Shown piece after piece: positions 38,082-50,070 of a stretch of DNA of 64,000 nucleotides. The DNA is from Marsupella aquatica (lineage: Eukaryota > Plantae > Marchantiophyta), in assembly GCA_973895155.1 (NCBI GenBank), contig OZ316893.1, positions 9,053,839 to 9,117,838 of the forward strand. The letters run 5' to 3'. The notes beneath the pieces are model-generated. The model saw only the letters and a program-made list of their open reading frames with translations. It made no database searches and was not told the origin of the DNA. The position numbers and the translations under genes are program-made. The stretch's first letter is position 1. The number at the start of each line of letters is the position of its first letter.

Positions 38082-41000
38082 GAGAGCGGGACTGGCTGAT
38101 GAACATGATGAGCTCCACGATTTGAATATTCTTTCGAATCATTTTTGGAAGGTGTATCATCTTATCACATTATATGCATGCCGTTGTAGTCGATTTTTAT
38201 TGAATAACATCTTCATCCAGGCTTGCTTCTCCGTGACACCTGCTTCTACGTTCTGGCTCCAACATTGTCTGTTGCTTGAGAACTTCCCTCTTGGGTTGAA
38301 AGTTGGCATGCTATTACGATGGCCACAAAACCGAGCGCATGACTTTGACTTCCCACCATTGCACTCATTCTAAAGCCGGCATGAACCTGATTTTGTTAAA
38401 AAAGACCAGTTGTGCATTCAAGGTAGTTCAGTCGTGCTCACTGCTCCTTTGCCTTTGACACTCATGACTGTGAACTGTAACGTGGAAGACCAAGGTGTGT
38501 TGAATATGGCCCAGCACGTTTTCACTAACACGGAACCTGCTGTGAGTTCTTGAGTCAGAGCTTGTTAAGGTTTCTTGAATTATAGCAGATCTCAATTGAT
38601 TGGACAGGAAGGCTGGGAGGTTGTGAATGGCCTGGTTCAATTTGCAAAAATTAGAAGAACAGGAGACCCTCGGAACTTCGACTCTTCATGTTTTGGCCCA
38701 GATTATTATTTAAAGGCTGCAAGGGTAAAACATGAGATCAATCCCTGTCTAGACAAAGAAATCGTTACATGTTGCAATCCAGCTCACTTAGAAGCATTGT
38801 GCAAACTTCCTCTTCAAGGATCCTTTGATATTGAAGTCTTGTTCCAAATCATTAGTCATGGAGAGTGGAAATACAGCAAGTGAGAGTCTTCCCAGTCTAC
38901 AGAACAAAACTCTTAAATGGCACATTACAGTTACATTCCTCACTTGTAGTCTAGAGTGCTTGCACATTATCAAATTATGGAACAAGTTGGAGTGGTGATG
39001 ACCAATTTGATCACACGCAATTTCGGTTTGTCTTTTCCAATGCAGTTACACTGCTGTAGTGTGCCGCCCTTGGGGTCAGTTGTGCCTAGACATGGGTACA
39101 GTTTCCATTTGTTTAAGGTGGATTCTCTTTCCATCTACTCTGTCCTCAGTGTCTCTAACCAGGAAGAGGGGGCTATAATTTCTAAGGTTTGAGACCTTCT
39201 TAGCAGTTAGAGCCTTGGCTCCGTTGTTTTAAAAAGCGTTAAGCAGAGAGCATGTACTTAGAAACTTTTGTGGCTGCAAACTCGACGGAGAACTGTTGGA
39301 GCAGCTGTGAACCTTAGAATATTACTGGGCAGACCTACAAGCTAAGGCTCCGAAATGTAACATAACATAACATAGCAACTGCGAAAATTTTGCTTCAGCA
39401 ATTCTGTGGCTATAGCACCTCCAAGCTAAGTAACAAGGGATTGATTTAAAAACTGCCGGGACGGACAAGAATGACTTCAAAACTAGTTATTGTAGTTTGT
39501 TAGACGTCAGTTTGAGCGTTCAGTTCATGTCTTACTGAACAAAAGATAACTTTACGTCAAAATTTTGAACAGACAATTCAGCTTTAAGTGAAAAACTTCG
39601 CGAGCTCAGGATCTTACAGGATAGCAGACTTGGAAACGAACGACGAACAAAACGTAAGGGAAGCATGGAAACCAAAGTACTCAGCTCTATAACAAGATTG
39701 TAGGATGAACTCAAATGCCCAAACATCAGCGCTTTGTGGTGAGGCTGTTTTTCCTGAAGGCTAGTGCTCGTGACAGTGACTTCACGTAAATCCATTTTTA
39801 GTTGCACTCCCAACATGTAGCAGCTTAGTTTTTCTTCAGAGAAATTGCCATGGCTAGATCATATTGTTTTGAACTTGCTGCAAGAAATTCATAAATAGAT
39901 GTTTGAAAGAGCGAATCCGGTAATCTAGGCTGATCGATTGACATACTTCCGAATGGACTTAATGCCTCGTTGAGGACAGAGAGCTCTCCCTCAGCTACAA
40001 TTGTGGACAGATAATCAATCGTACTTAAAGAGTACCGGTTGCATCCAATATGGTGTGTCAAGTCAATTTTTGGACATTGTAAGTCATGCTGTGGGAGCAA
40101 CTGCATAATAATTTGTCTGGGCAGTCTATGGGTGGGTTTGCCAATTCATCCAAGATCCATGACTTCAGGTTCCATGACCTGATGTTCAAATTTGGCTAGA
40201 GAAATATTAAAGTCATCCAGATTTTTATCATACACGCCTCACAGCAAGTTGCTCGTTTATTAGTAAAGGTGGTGCCACGGAATAAATTCCCAAGACACCC
40301 GTGGCAAAAACCCACAAGAATTACAGAAGAAGTCTAGCTGTTGAGGCAAGAGGTAAATGAACCGTTAGATTCATGTACCTAATCAAAGTAAAGTGATTTT
40401 TGATCGATTAGTCCTGAAAATAGCCGGCTAAGTGGTTAGCACTGCAAACTTAGATTTTCACTTGTATTCCTGTAGACTTGTAGATGACAAAATCATATCT
40501 TTCCCGAGATGCATTTGCATTATCTGCAATCAGTGCCCTTGGGTGCTAGGCCGAAGAGACATGGCAGTCTAGTATAATCTTGAGTAGCGCTAGGACTTGT
40601 GACATCCAAAGAATTATGAGGGCAAATTTTCATTTTGTGCTTGTATGTTCTGTTGCTTTTCATACACAGACACATGGCAAGGCTTCACTGACAAAAGCAT
40701 ACAACAAATACAGAAATTAATGTGTTTCTGTGATGAAATGGATAGATAATCAATCCTACTTGAGTGCCTCTACACACATTGGACATTTTTCTTCTTTCAG
40801 GTAGGATTGATGATACACACGCAATCTGAAATGCTCATAACACATGCTTAGAGATGTAACATGCCAGTGTGGACATATCGGCATTGCATAACATGTGGGC
40901 CAGTGCCCATCTTTTCCACGCCCAACTCGTCACTCTCCCATAGCTTGCACATTCCTTGCAATCATGTTAGATTTGCCCACTCCTGGCAGCTTATGCTTCT

Positions 41001-41279
41001 TGGGCCATCATTCTTGCCTACCTTCATTCCTTGAAATCATGTTAGCCTCACCCTCGCCCACTCCTGGAAACTTCTGCTTGTTGGGTCATCTCTCTTATGT
41101 TTGACAACACTGTCAAACTGCCAATAGGGCCACCTCACTTATGTTATTGCATGCAGCATATGGACATTGGGCTGCTATGTTATGAGATGCATCCATTATT
41201 CTCCCATGTGTCGTGAGCATTGGGCTAGTTCGTTATTAAATGTCTCTATGATTCCCCCATGTGTCCTGAAATGCTCGTG

Positions 41280-41593
41280 ACAATGCTTCCACGTGTTATC
41301 CACATGTGGTTCAAATGCTCATGGGTAAAATTCTTCCATGTATGTTATCAAACGCTCATCACCAAGTTTTCCCATGTGTTATGCAGTGCTCATTACAATC
41401 TTCTGCCAAGTGTGTTGTGAAAATGTTCATTGTACAATGCTTCCACGTGTTATCCACATGTGGTTCAAATGCTCATGGGTAAAACTCTCCCATGTATGCT
41501 ATCAAGCGCTCATCACCAAGGTATTTTCCCATGTGTTATAAAGTGCTCATTACAATCTTCTGCCGATATTGTGTTGTGAAATATTCATTGTAC
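41280..41593. repeat. About 154-bp tandem duplication within a degenerate minisatellite-like region
   Basis: acaatgcttccacgtgttatccacatgtggttcaaatgctcatgggtaaaa occurs at 41280 and 41434, and the similarity continues. Confidence 0.9.
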
Positions 41594-43160
41594 ATGCTTC
41601 ATAGGTCAATTCAAAGAGTAGTGGTCTAAAATTGCCAAATGTCTAGATTTCAGCCACCCAATAGGGCATCTCAAATACAATGAATTTCTTAGCATGACCT
41701 CATATTTCTTAGCATGACCTCATGATGGAGTGTTGTGGCCCCAAGGCTACACCAAATGTGAGGCCCAACCAGTCATGTCTGAGAGTCATGACTAAAACAG
41801 AGGGCCAATTGTTATAGGAACAGGGCCCAATTCCAGTATATTCATTGACTCACAGTCACATGCCATGATCCCTCTCAAATCCGACTGCCCCACTATACGA
41901 AGTTCTGGTGCACTTGGGCAGACTGGACACCAGTGAGGTGGGTTTTCTTTTTAATAGTGGAGACCCCCAATGGCCACAAAGTATAACCCCAGCTGTCCAT
42001 GTTTGTTTACTTGTTTGTGCCAAAATTTATTTTGAAGCCCCACGAGTGCAACAGGTCCAATGCGTGTCATTCTTTGCTTGTGACAAAATCATGCGACACA
42101 TTGACGTTTGCATTAGATGCAATGCGGAGCACGTGCCATAGTGCTCATATTCACGAGCGGCCGACATGCACGGCAACCGATCGATTATTAAGATGAATGA
42201 ATCATAAGGCGATCGGAGAGACCACTCGTGCCTCGTGGCCTGGTTCTCTGAGGATTTTAGGCAGGATGTACTGTACTCCACAACCGAGAGTTCGATGTTC
42301 GGGTCAACCTTTCCTGCGTGGGCGATGCTGTGCTATCATTAGGCTTGGACAGTGTTAAGTATAAGCTTCAGATAAATTCTCCGAACAAATCGAAGTATCC
42401 TAAAAGACAACTGTACAATGGACCCCATGCTGAGCAGGTCTCAATGCTTCCTGCGTGGACATCGCTACCGTATGCTAGCTCTTACAAAAAATTCAACGTA
42501 AAGTATGGAATGTGACGGAGCTCATAACGTGCTCAGTATGTGCCGCATAACGCTCCGATTGATTGATGCCGAGAATCAATCAATCGCAACCGGAATCAAC
42601 GCGAGGTTCATGCTGCATCCACCAAGTCCGCGAAGTCGTGATCTATTCACAGCTCACCTCAGCCCAAAAGGACTTCGCAGCACACGAGCCAATTGGAACA
42701 TTAACTTTGGGCTCTAATGACGGCACAGAAGAGTGACTGTAGCAACGACACTTTGAATAGGTAGAAATTGACCCAACAGAAAACTGAATTTGGACCAGGT
42801 TGACACATGCATGCAGACCACATGCAGACCACAGAATTGCAATTCTCATAGCTCTCATTTTCATATTGACGTTCTTGAAACGCTTCAATATAAACTAGAA
42901 ATATGCTCTCTTCTAAGAAAGGGGTGACCCCTGTATCCCGTATGTACAAATTGGCAAGGTCATTTATCCGCAGAAAAAAGCTTTCTCAGACGAAAAAAAC
43001 TGCGAATAGTGGAAGCACTGTCACTACAATACAACTACCTAATAATTTAACCAGATCTCCCTTCTAAAAGGGATGAGGAGGTCATCAGGTGAACCCTCAA
43101 TCCGAGAGAAAAAAAATTGGCCTCCTCATCCTTCTCAGAAGAAAGACAAAAATCTCCTTA

Positions 43161-44387
43161 CTATTGTCTCCTCCTTTTTGACACAGGAGGTGAGGCCGGA
43201 GCAGAGTGATAGCCGATGTCCGGCACAACAAATCCATCATCATAGTCTGGGACGCTGTAATCCTGCAACCCTTTTCCTTTCATGGCAGCTGACCCTCTTG
43301 CCATTCCCATAGAAGTCGGAGCAGCCATCGACGGGACCTGGTGAAAGTCTTCGATGGCCCTAAGCTCGTCCGCCAGACTGAATGGAGACCAATCGAAATG
43401 ATTCCCAAACATCTCGTTGTCAACCTGAAAAGACCGCCGTCAGTGTATATCAAATGACAAGTAGCTTTAAAGTCAATCCAGATGACACACTCATGCACCA
43501 ACGGATTCCCAAACATCTATCGTCAACCACTCGAGAATGCAGCCCATCTCAGATGACAAAAAGATTTAAACCCAGACCAATGGACACACTCTGCACCAAA
43601 GGATTCCTACAGATCTTCTCGTTAACATGTGAGAATGCAGTTCATTTCAAATGACAAGTAGCTCGGAACTCAAGACACCCACTGCACCCAACAACCCACG
43701 TACCTTGGAGGAAGCCACATCACCAAAGCTGTACCCGGAGATATTAGGAATACCCAAAAACTCCTCAACTCCGATAGAATAGTCGAACTCCTGGGCTGCT
43801 TGGCCAGTTCCGTTAACATTTGAAACCTGTGCACCTACGCTGTATGCATCCCCGACACGGTTCGCAGTAGAAGCGGGGTGGTTGTTGGTCATGCCCATCG
43901 ACCTCGAGGCGTAGGATGGCACACTAGGACCCGAGTGCACGCTGGAGTTCAATGCGGGAGGATGGGTTGGAGTCTGATGCGGCACCGCCGTCCAATTTGA
44001 ACTCGGACTCGGAACGGTCAAGACCTGAGCGGTGGCCATGGACGGGCGTACCAGCGTATCCCTCTGCGCAGTGCTGCCATACAGTGACGAGGAGGGAGCA
44101 TGACGACCCCCTCCTCCTCCCAACTCCACTCCACTAGCAACCTCACTACTGCTGCTGCTCACCGCAGACGAGGTGGCCTCTCCGTTGTTGTTATGCGGTA
44201 GAGCTTCAAGTCCCGCTTTGGCACCTGTCACGAAGAGCCTCTGATGCTTCTTTGCCAACTCCGTCTTGCCGTGCACTGACACATCACAATCTCTACACAG
44301 GAGAGCCCGATCCGAGACGCAGAAGAAATAGGCCGCTTTCTCCTGCACGCAGAGAAACCATCAACATTACATCAGGTTCAGGTTCCA

Positions 44388-44442
<55 letters not shown>

Positions 44443-44646
44443 CATCGAAAAGAGAGCAAGACCTACCTTGCAGATGTCGCACATAGGAGCGGCGACCGGC
44501 TGGAGAAGCTCGACACGCTGGTGCTTGATGGCGAGCTTGTTGGCGCCATGGATTTTGATGTCACAATCACCGCAGAGAGCCGCTTCGTCTGCACAGCAGA
44601 TGACCGAAGCCGGCTTCTTCTCACAGCTATCGCACTGAATCTTCAT
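43161..44646 (-). CDS. BBX: Double B-box zinc-finger protein, group IV (BBX21/BBX22-like), 3 exons, 360 aa
   Basis: Exons 44467-44646, 43704-44342 and 43161-43424 (GT-AG, 1083 nt). B-box 1 MKIQCDSCE...CCADEAALC..CD..IH.ANKLA.KHQR and B-box 2 CDIC.E..AYFFC..DRALLCRDCD..VH. No CCT domain. C-terminal VP motif FVVPDIG and basic KRRRQ. Confidence 0.93.
44390..44440. repeat. (CT/GA)n microsatellite in BBX intron 1
   Basis: About 25 perfect dinucleotide units. Confidence 0.95.
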
Positions 44647-45020
44647 GCCTACGCTCACCCGTCGCTCCGTCCTCGTCTCCAAACGAAAGCTTCGTCCCCT
44701 GTTTCACTCCGGATGAGAAAAAACCATGACTGTCTCGACGAACAATGGTGAGAAATGGGAATCCCAAGTGGGCAAAATCGTCGAGAGGTCGCGAGGAAGG
44801 GATTGTATCCACTCTCGTTCATCCACTCGTGTGCTCACGGAATCGATCGATGATGTCTGGAGGAACGAAAGAAGCGGCGAGACAGAGCGAGAGACAGAGG
44901 GCGACCTTTCGGGAAAGGAGGAGAACATCATGACCCTGGATATTTATGTTTTGTGTGGCTGGCAATCTGGCGTGCTTCCTGCCCCCCGGTAAACAGAGAA
45001 GCGGCAGCTGTGCCGGAGCG

Positions 45021-45562
45021 GAGCATTTCCCGGGCGTCATCTTGCACAAACTCATCAAACAATTACAGGCGTCAAAAAATCGTTCTTTCCCCCTTTTTTT
45101 TCACTCGGGCACCATTCATTTCTTCTCGAGAGATACTTATGCTGATGAGTGATCCAGACCATTCATCGACCTTAAATCAGCCTACCCAAAATAAGCATTT
45201 CCCTGGCGTCATCTTTCACAAACTCACCAAACAATTACAGGCGTCTTAAAACCGTTCTTTCCCCTTTTTTCACTCGGGCCGATTCATTCCTTCTCGAGAG
45301 ATACTATACTAGATGGAGCCCATGAGTGATCCAGACCATTCATGGACCTTAAATCAGCCTACCCAACACCTGTGCTGGGTCAGAGCATTTTCCAGGCGTC
45401 ATTCATTCACAAACTCATAAAACAATTACAGGCTTCTCAAAAACCACTTTTTCCCCTTTTTTCACTCAGGCACCATTCATTTCTTCTCCAGAGATACTTG
45501 ATATTTGATAGGCCCCATGAATGATCCAGACCATTCATAGACCTTAAATCAACCTACCCAAA
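45021..45562. repeat. Three tandem copies of a 170-190-bp unit upstream of BBX
   Basis: agcattt.c..gcgtcat..cacaaactca..aaacaattacaggc...gatccagaccattcat.gaccttaaatca.cctacccaa at about 45022, 45194 and 45384. Confidence 0.9.
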
Positions 45563-47363
45563 ACATTCTGGAATTAGTTAAGGAGCAAACTTTGGTTCAG
45601 AGGTCCATCACGAAAATCTCTCGTTTTTCGTACACATGCTAATAGTATCGCTAGCACAAAATATCACTAACTCTAATTGAAGTCCATGCAAATAGTGAAC
45701 AATGTAGAGTAGGTGACCTTAGTTGCAATGTCAAATGCACACAATTAACTACAGTACTCTAAGGAAACTGTATCTACGTTCAACTGAATCCAATCTAACT
45801 TTTCTGTAAGCCTTTCAAGCACTTCATCCTTGATTAAACAATCAAGCTTTTAACATACTTATACGCATTCAAATGTGATTGGATACAATTACTGATTGCG
45901 ATTTTCACCGTGTCTACCAACTTTGACTCATGCAGACTCCATCATTACAATTCAACATAGTGGGCTTTTACCATCAGAACTTCCTGTTTATCCCCCTCCC
46001 CTCTTTCTCAACCCATCTTTGAATACAATACAATATATTGTGTGACATTAATCACCTCAAAAATGTAGATTGGTGGATCTGATTTCAGCGCTCTGCACAT
46101 TACTGGAGATCTTATTCTAGTGATTTGGGAAATCCAATCATCGGGAGCTGACTCCTATTTTTCCTATCCAAACACTGTCGCAAACAAAGATAAGTGTACG
46201 AAAGCGTATGCACATTTCCTCTTTTATTAAAGTCCCAGGCGAAGATGCATTTTTCAAAAATTGCCCATGTGCAGGTTTCACAGAAAACATGGGACTCTTT
46301 ATTAGTATTGAATGCCTTTCCTGATTTTCCTCGTTGTATTTTCAATGCATTTATGAAAATTTGTTCAAAACCGTATGTGGTATGTAAACTTTTCAAGAAG
46401 CAGCAGCAGCGACACATGTAAAAGGTCATGATTCTATGAATGCGTCTATTAATAAACTTTGAACTGCCAGATACTTTCATTAATTAAATATTATGAGAAA
46501 ACTCACCGTCACAAGGTATACTTGAAGGTATACTTGCATGTGGCTTTTTTAAATTTCTCTTTATGCCCTAGGTTCTCGTGAAACAGGCAAGGAGCCCCAA
46601 ACGACCAAACAGCAATTCTTTGCGGCATAAAGCAGCTAGATTCTACTGGTCTGAAACGTAATTCTTATTTTTGGCTAAAATTCGCTAGGCTTTCTGTCTT
46701 TCATGAGTGAGTTCCCACCACAGACTCCATTAGCCAGGATCTCATTACAATCAGACAGAAAGTAGGAGCTATTATAGTCAAAACTAATGTACAAAAATTA
46801 AATTATGACTATTCTTAGCATCTTCTTGTTCACAAAGTGACATTGGTCCCTTGCCAAAACTAAAAATCCTTAAATATTACACTCCTTGAAGGTATATTTG
46901 TCTATGATTATTCCCTTTCTCTTTATGCCATGGTTGTTGTGCACGCGCGCAAGGAGCTCCAAAGCACCCCTCGTAGGAAGTTTTTTTTATTTGACAAAAA
47001 CAGGTACAGTACATCACGGAAAACCTTTCCATCCTTAAATCTAACTCGGTGAAGTCTGACGATTAAAAAGTAAGTCAATAAAATAAAAAAGATTCCTGGC
47101 GTCCTCTCCTCTCCTTCACAAAAGGTGACATTCATGGTCAAAAAGGAAAGACCTTATATATTTTTTAACACTAAACTTAAAATTTAGGCTCCTTGAAGGT
47201 ACAGTCAAAGTCTCTAAAGTGTAGTCCAAGGGAAGACATCCCAAACTTGCACTTACCCATGATATGCACTATGTGCTGGGCATCATTTATGCACTTATCT
47301 ATATGTGCACTTCTCTCTAAGTCCATGTGAGATAGCTTACGCACTGGGGCAAATATCTTGTCA

Positions 47364-48366
47364 GGACCCTGAGTTAAATTTACGTCAAGTTAATGCTCCC
47401 CCACTTTCCCGGGGCGCCGTACACTGCCCGTCCCAATCCCCGATGTTGCTGCCCGCTCTGGCCCAAGTTTGGCAGAACATAACCCAATACTCTAAGATTT
47501 AACGCATGCGCTCCGGCCCGATCGACTTTGCGCCATCGACTGCGGGTTTATGTTTTGGCACGTTCGCTTGCTCCAGCCCGAACGACTTAAGTTTGTGTCA
47601 TCGACTTCTTCCTTATGGAGTCGTGGTTTATGTTCTGGCAACTCTTCTTTCCAAAAGAGTTATATTTTCTTTGTAAGAGAGTCTAAGTGTTCAAGGCAAG
47701 CCTAGTACTTTGGTTAAAAGTCATGATTTATAGAGTCTTGGTTTATGTTGTGCCAAATACTTATCCTCTATGGACTTGTGATTAATGGTTTGGCAACACT
47801 TCTTTCCAAGGGAGTGATGTTTGTTTAGTAAGACACTCTAAGCATTTAGGCACAACCTAGTATTTTGGTTAAGAGTTATGATTCTAGAGTCTTGGTTGAT
47901 GTTTTTCCAAATGCTTCTTCTCGATGGAGTCATGGTTTATGTTCTGGCAACACTTCTTTCCGATGGAGTCATACCTATTTTGTAATAGAGTCTAAGTGTT
48001 CAAGGGGAGCCTAATACTTTGGTTGAGAGTCATGATTGTTAGACTCTTGATTTATGTTATGCCAAATACTTATTCTCTATGGAGTTGTGGTTTATGTTTT
48101 GGCAACACTTATTTCCAAAAAGTTGATGACACAAAGTCGACCGGGCTGGAGCGGCCGACAAAAAGTGATGGGTGCCAAAACATAAACCCGAAGTCGATGG
48201 CGCAAAGTCGATCGGACTGGAATGCATTGCGTTAAATCATAGAGTATTGGTTTATGTTCTGTCAAACTTAGGCCGGAGCGGGCAGCAGCATCGGGGATTG
48301 GGATGGGCAGTGTACGGCGCCCCGGGAAAGTAGGGGAGCACTAACTTGACGTAGATTTAACTCAGG
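47364..48366. mobile_element. Non-autonomous Mutator-like (MULE) element with long TIRs
   Basis: About 200-240-bp inverted termini (ccctgagttaaatttacgtcaagtt... / ...aacttgacgtagatttaactcagg). 9-bp direct repeat ATCTTGTCA at 47355-47363 and 48367-48375. The interior is built from ggtttatgtt(c/t)tggca subrepeats. Confidence 0.88.
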
Positions 48367-49419
48367 ATCTTGTCAAGGGCATAAGCATTCAACTACTCAT
48401 ACCCGGGATCCTCATACGGCGGGATTCAACTGGATAAATGCATGTGTACTCTTACAGACAAAAATGCACTTCCTCATTTAGTGACTTCAACTTGCACTTG
48501 TAGAGGGTGCTCTTTGGAGAGAAAAATATACTAATATTAGGGAGTACATGTCTGACCTATAGATACCCATAGAATACATTTCTAGACGCTGCACTTATCC
48601 ACAAAAGACTGTATACTTGGCTATAACGTAAATTTAAGCCTCGGTCCTCGTGCACGCGCGCAACGAGCCCCAAAGTACCCCTTTATCACCTTATGTCTAA
48701 CACATGCTACCGTGACATCATATGGCAGGGTTGCGCCCTATTTGACATCACATATTCACATGGCATGAAGGAATAAGAAAATGTTAAGAAAGGGTCCAGA
48801 CTCCAATGCCATGATTCCCCTCATAAAGGCCTTCGCTAGAGTTAGAGAATACCTTTTCGGGGCCCAGCTGTCGACTCGTGCGGCCATTTATTATTATTAT
48901 TATTACTATCTTTTGATGGTCGGTCAAGAAGACAGTCTCGTTGTAACTAGAAACCAGGTGGCCCACACACACACGCTGTTCAGCTGTAAGCTGTTCCACT
49001 GAAATTTTGCATGATAATTAGACGACTGGGCCCATTTGGGGCATGGGGCCCAGCCGCCCACCTTGGGACGAGCACACAATATTCGGATATTTTCTACATT
49101 TTATTATAATGTTAATCCCTCTTTTATGAACTACAGCAGAATTATATTTATTTATCTAATTATTCAATTTATCAATAAGATCGGATCCGATTTCATCCCA
49201 TACTTTTTGATCAGATACGATTCTTGAACTTTCCATAAGATTATTTTATGGAAGCGTGAATTTTGAGGAGGATGGCTCCAAGAATATTTAGGAATCCCAT
49301 CCGAGGTTGAAGGTTTTTGGATGGAGGTCCATCCGACCTTACTATGGCGCCCCTTTCTATGTCTCAAAATAGTTCAATATCATTGAGTTGCACAAAATAT
49401 GTTCTTAAGAAAATATAAG

Positions 49420-50070
49420 TAGTGTCGCCAAAGATGTCACTATGTAGAAGATCTTGACAAATAAAAAGATGTTGTTAAGTACAAAATGTTGTTAGTAAAC
49501 AATGTTAGGTTAAGTCCCGGGTTAAATAAAGAAATCGTTCAGTAAACGATATAAATTGTTGTGTAAATGGTGATGTGTGACATATTTGTGCCCAAGGAAA
49601 ATTAAAGTGACATAACAAAGTCAAGATAAAAGCTTTTGAAGAGAACACAGCTAATGAGTTCAATCCTTGTACATTGCAGAGAAAATGTCTTTGTGTAACA
49701 AATGTTGTTACATGAAAGACATTGCTAAGTGAAAGATGTGGTTGTGCAAAAGATGTAGTCTAGTGAAAGACATTGTTAACTAAAAGAGATGATTGCGCAA
49801 AGATGACGTTGTGCAAAGAATGTCAATACTAAAGATGACACTCCACAAAAGATATTGTAAATCCCTCATTGAACAGAAGATGACTGTTGATAACCACTAC
49901 AAAAAGTGTGGAAACTTTCTATTATAGGTTTTGATAGTTCAATACCCGGGTGTAGCACACAAGATGTCATCGCACAAAAACATTGTTTGTAAATACAAAA
50001 ATGTTGCACAAAAGATGTACTTGCATGAAAGATGTCATATGCAGAAAAGATGTTATTGTGCAAATAATAA
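49420..50070. repeat. Degenerate A-rich minisatellite (aaagatg-based, about 20-bp period)
   Basis: Recurrent aaaagatgt/aaagacat motifs with low complexity. Confidence 0.6.

Noticed and set aside
44293-44466. ER-repeat or LS-repeat peptide in ORFs 44293..44682 and 44252..44638
   Set aside because: These are translations of the intronic (GA)n microsatellite.
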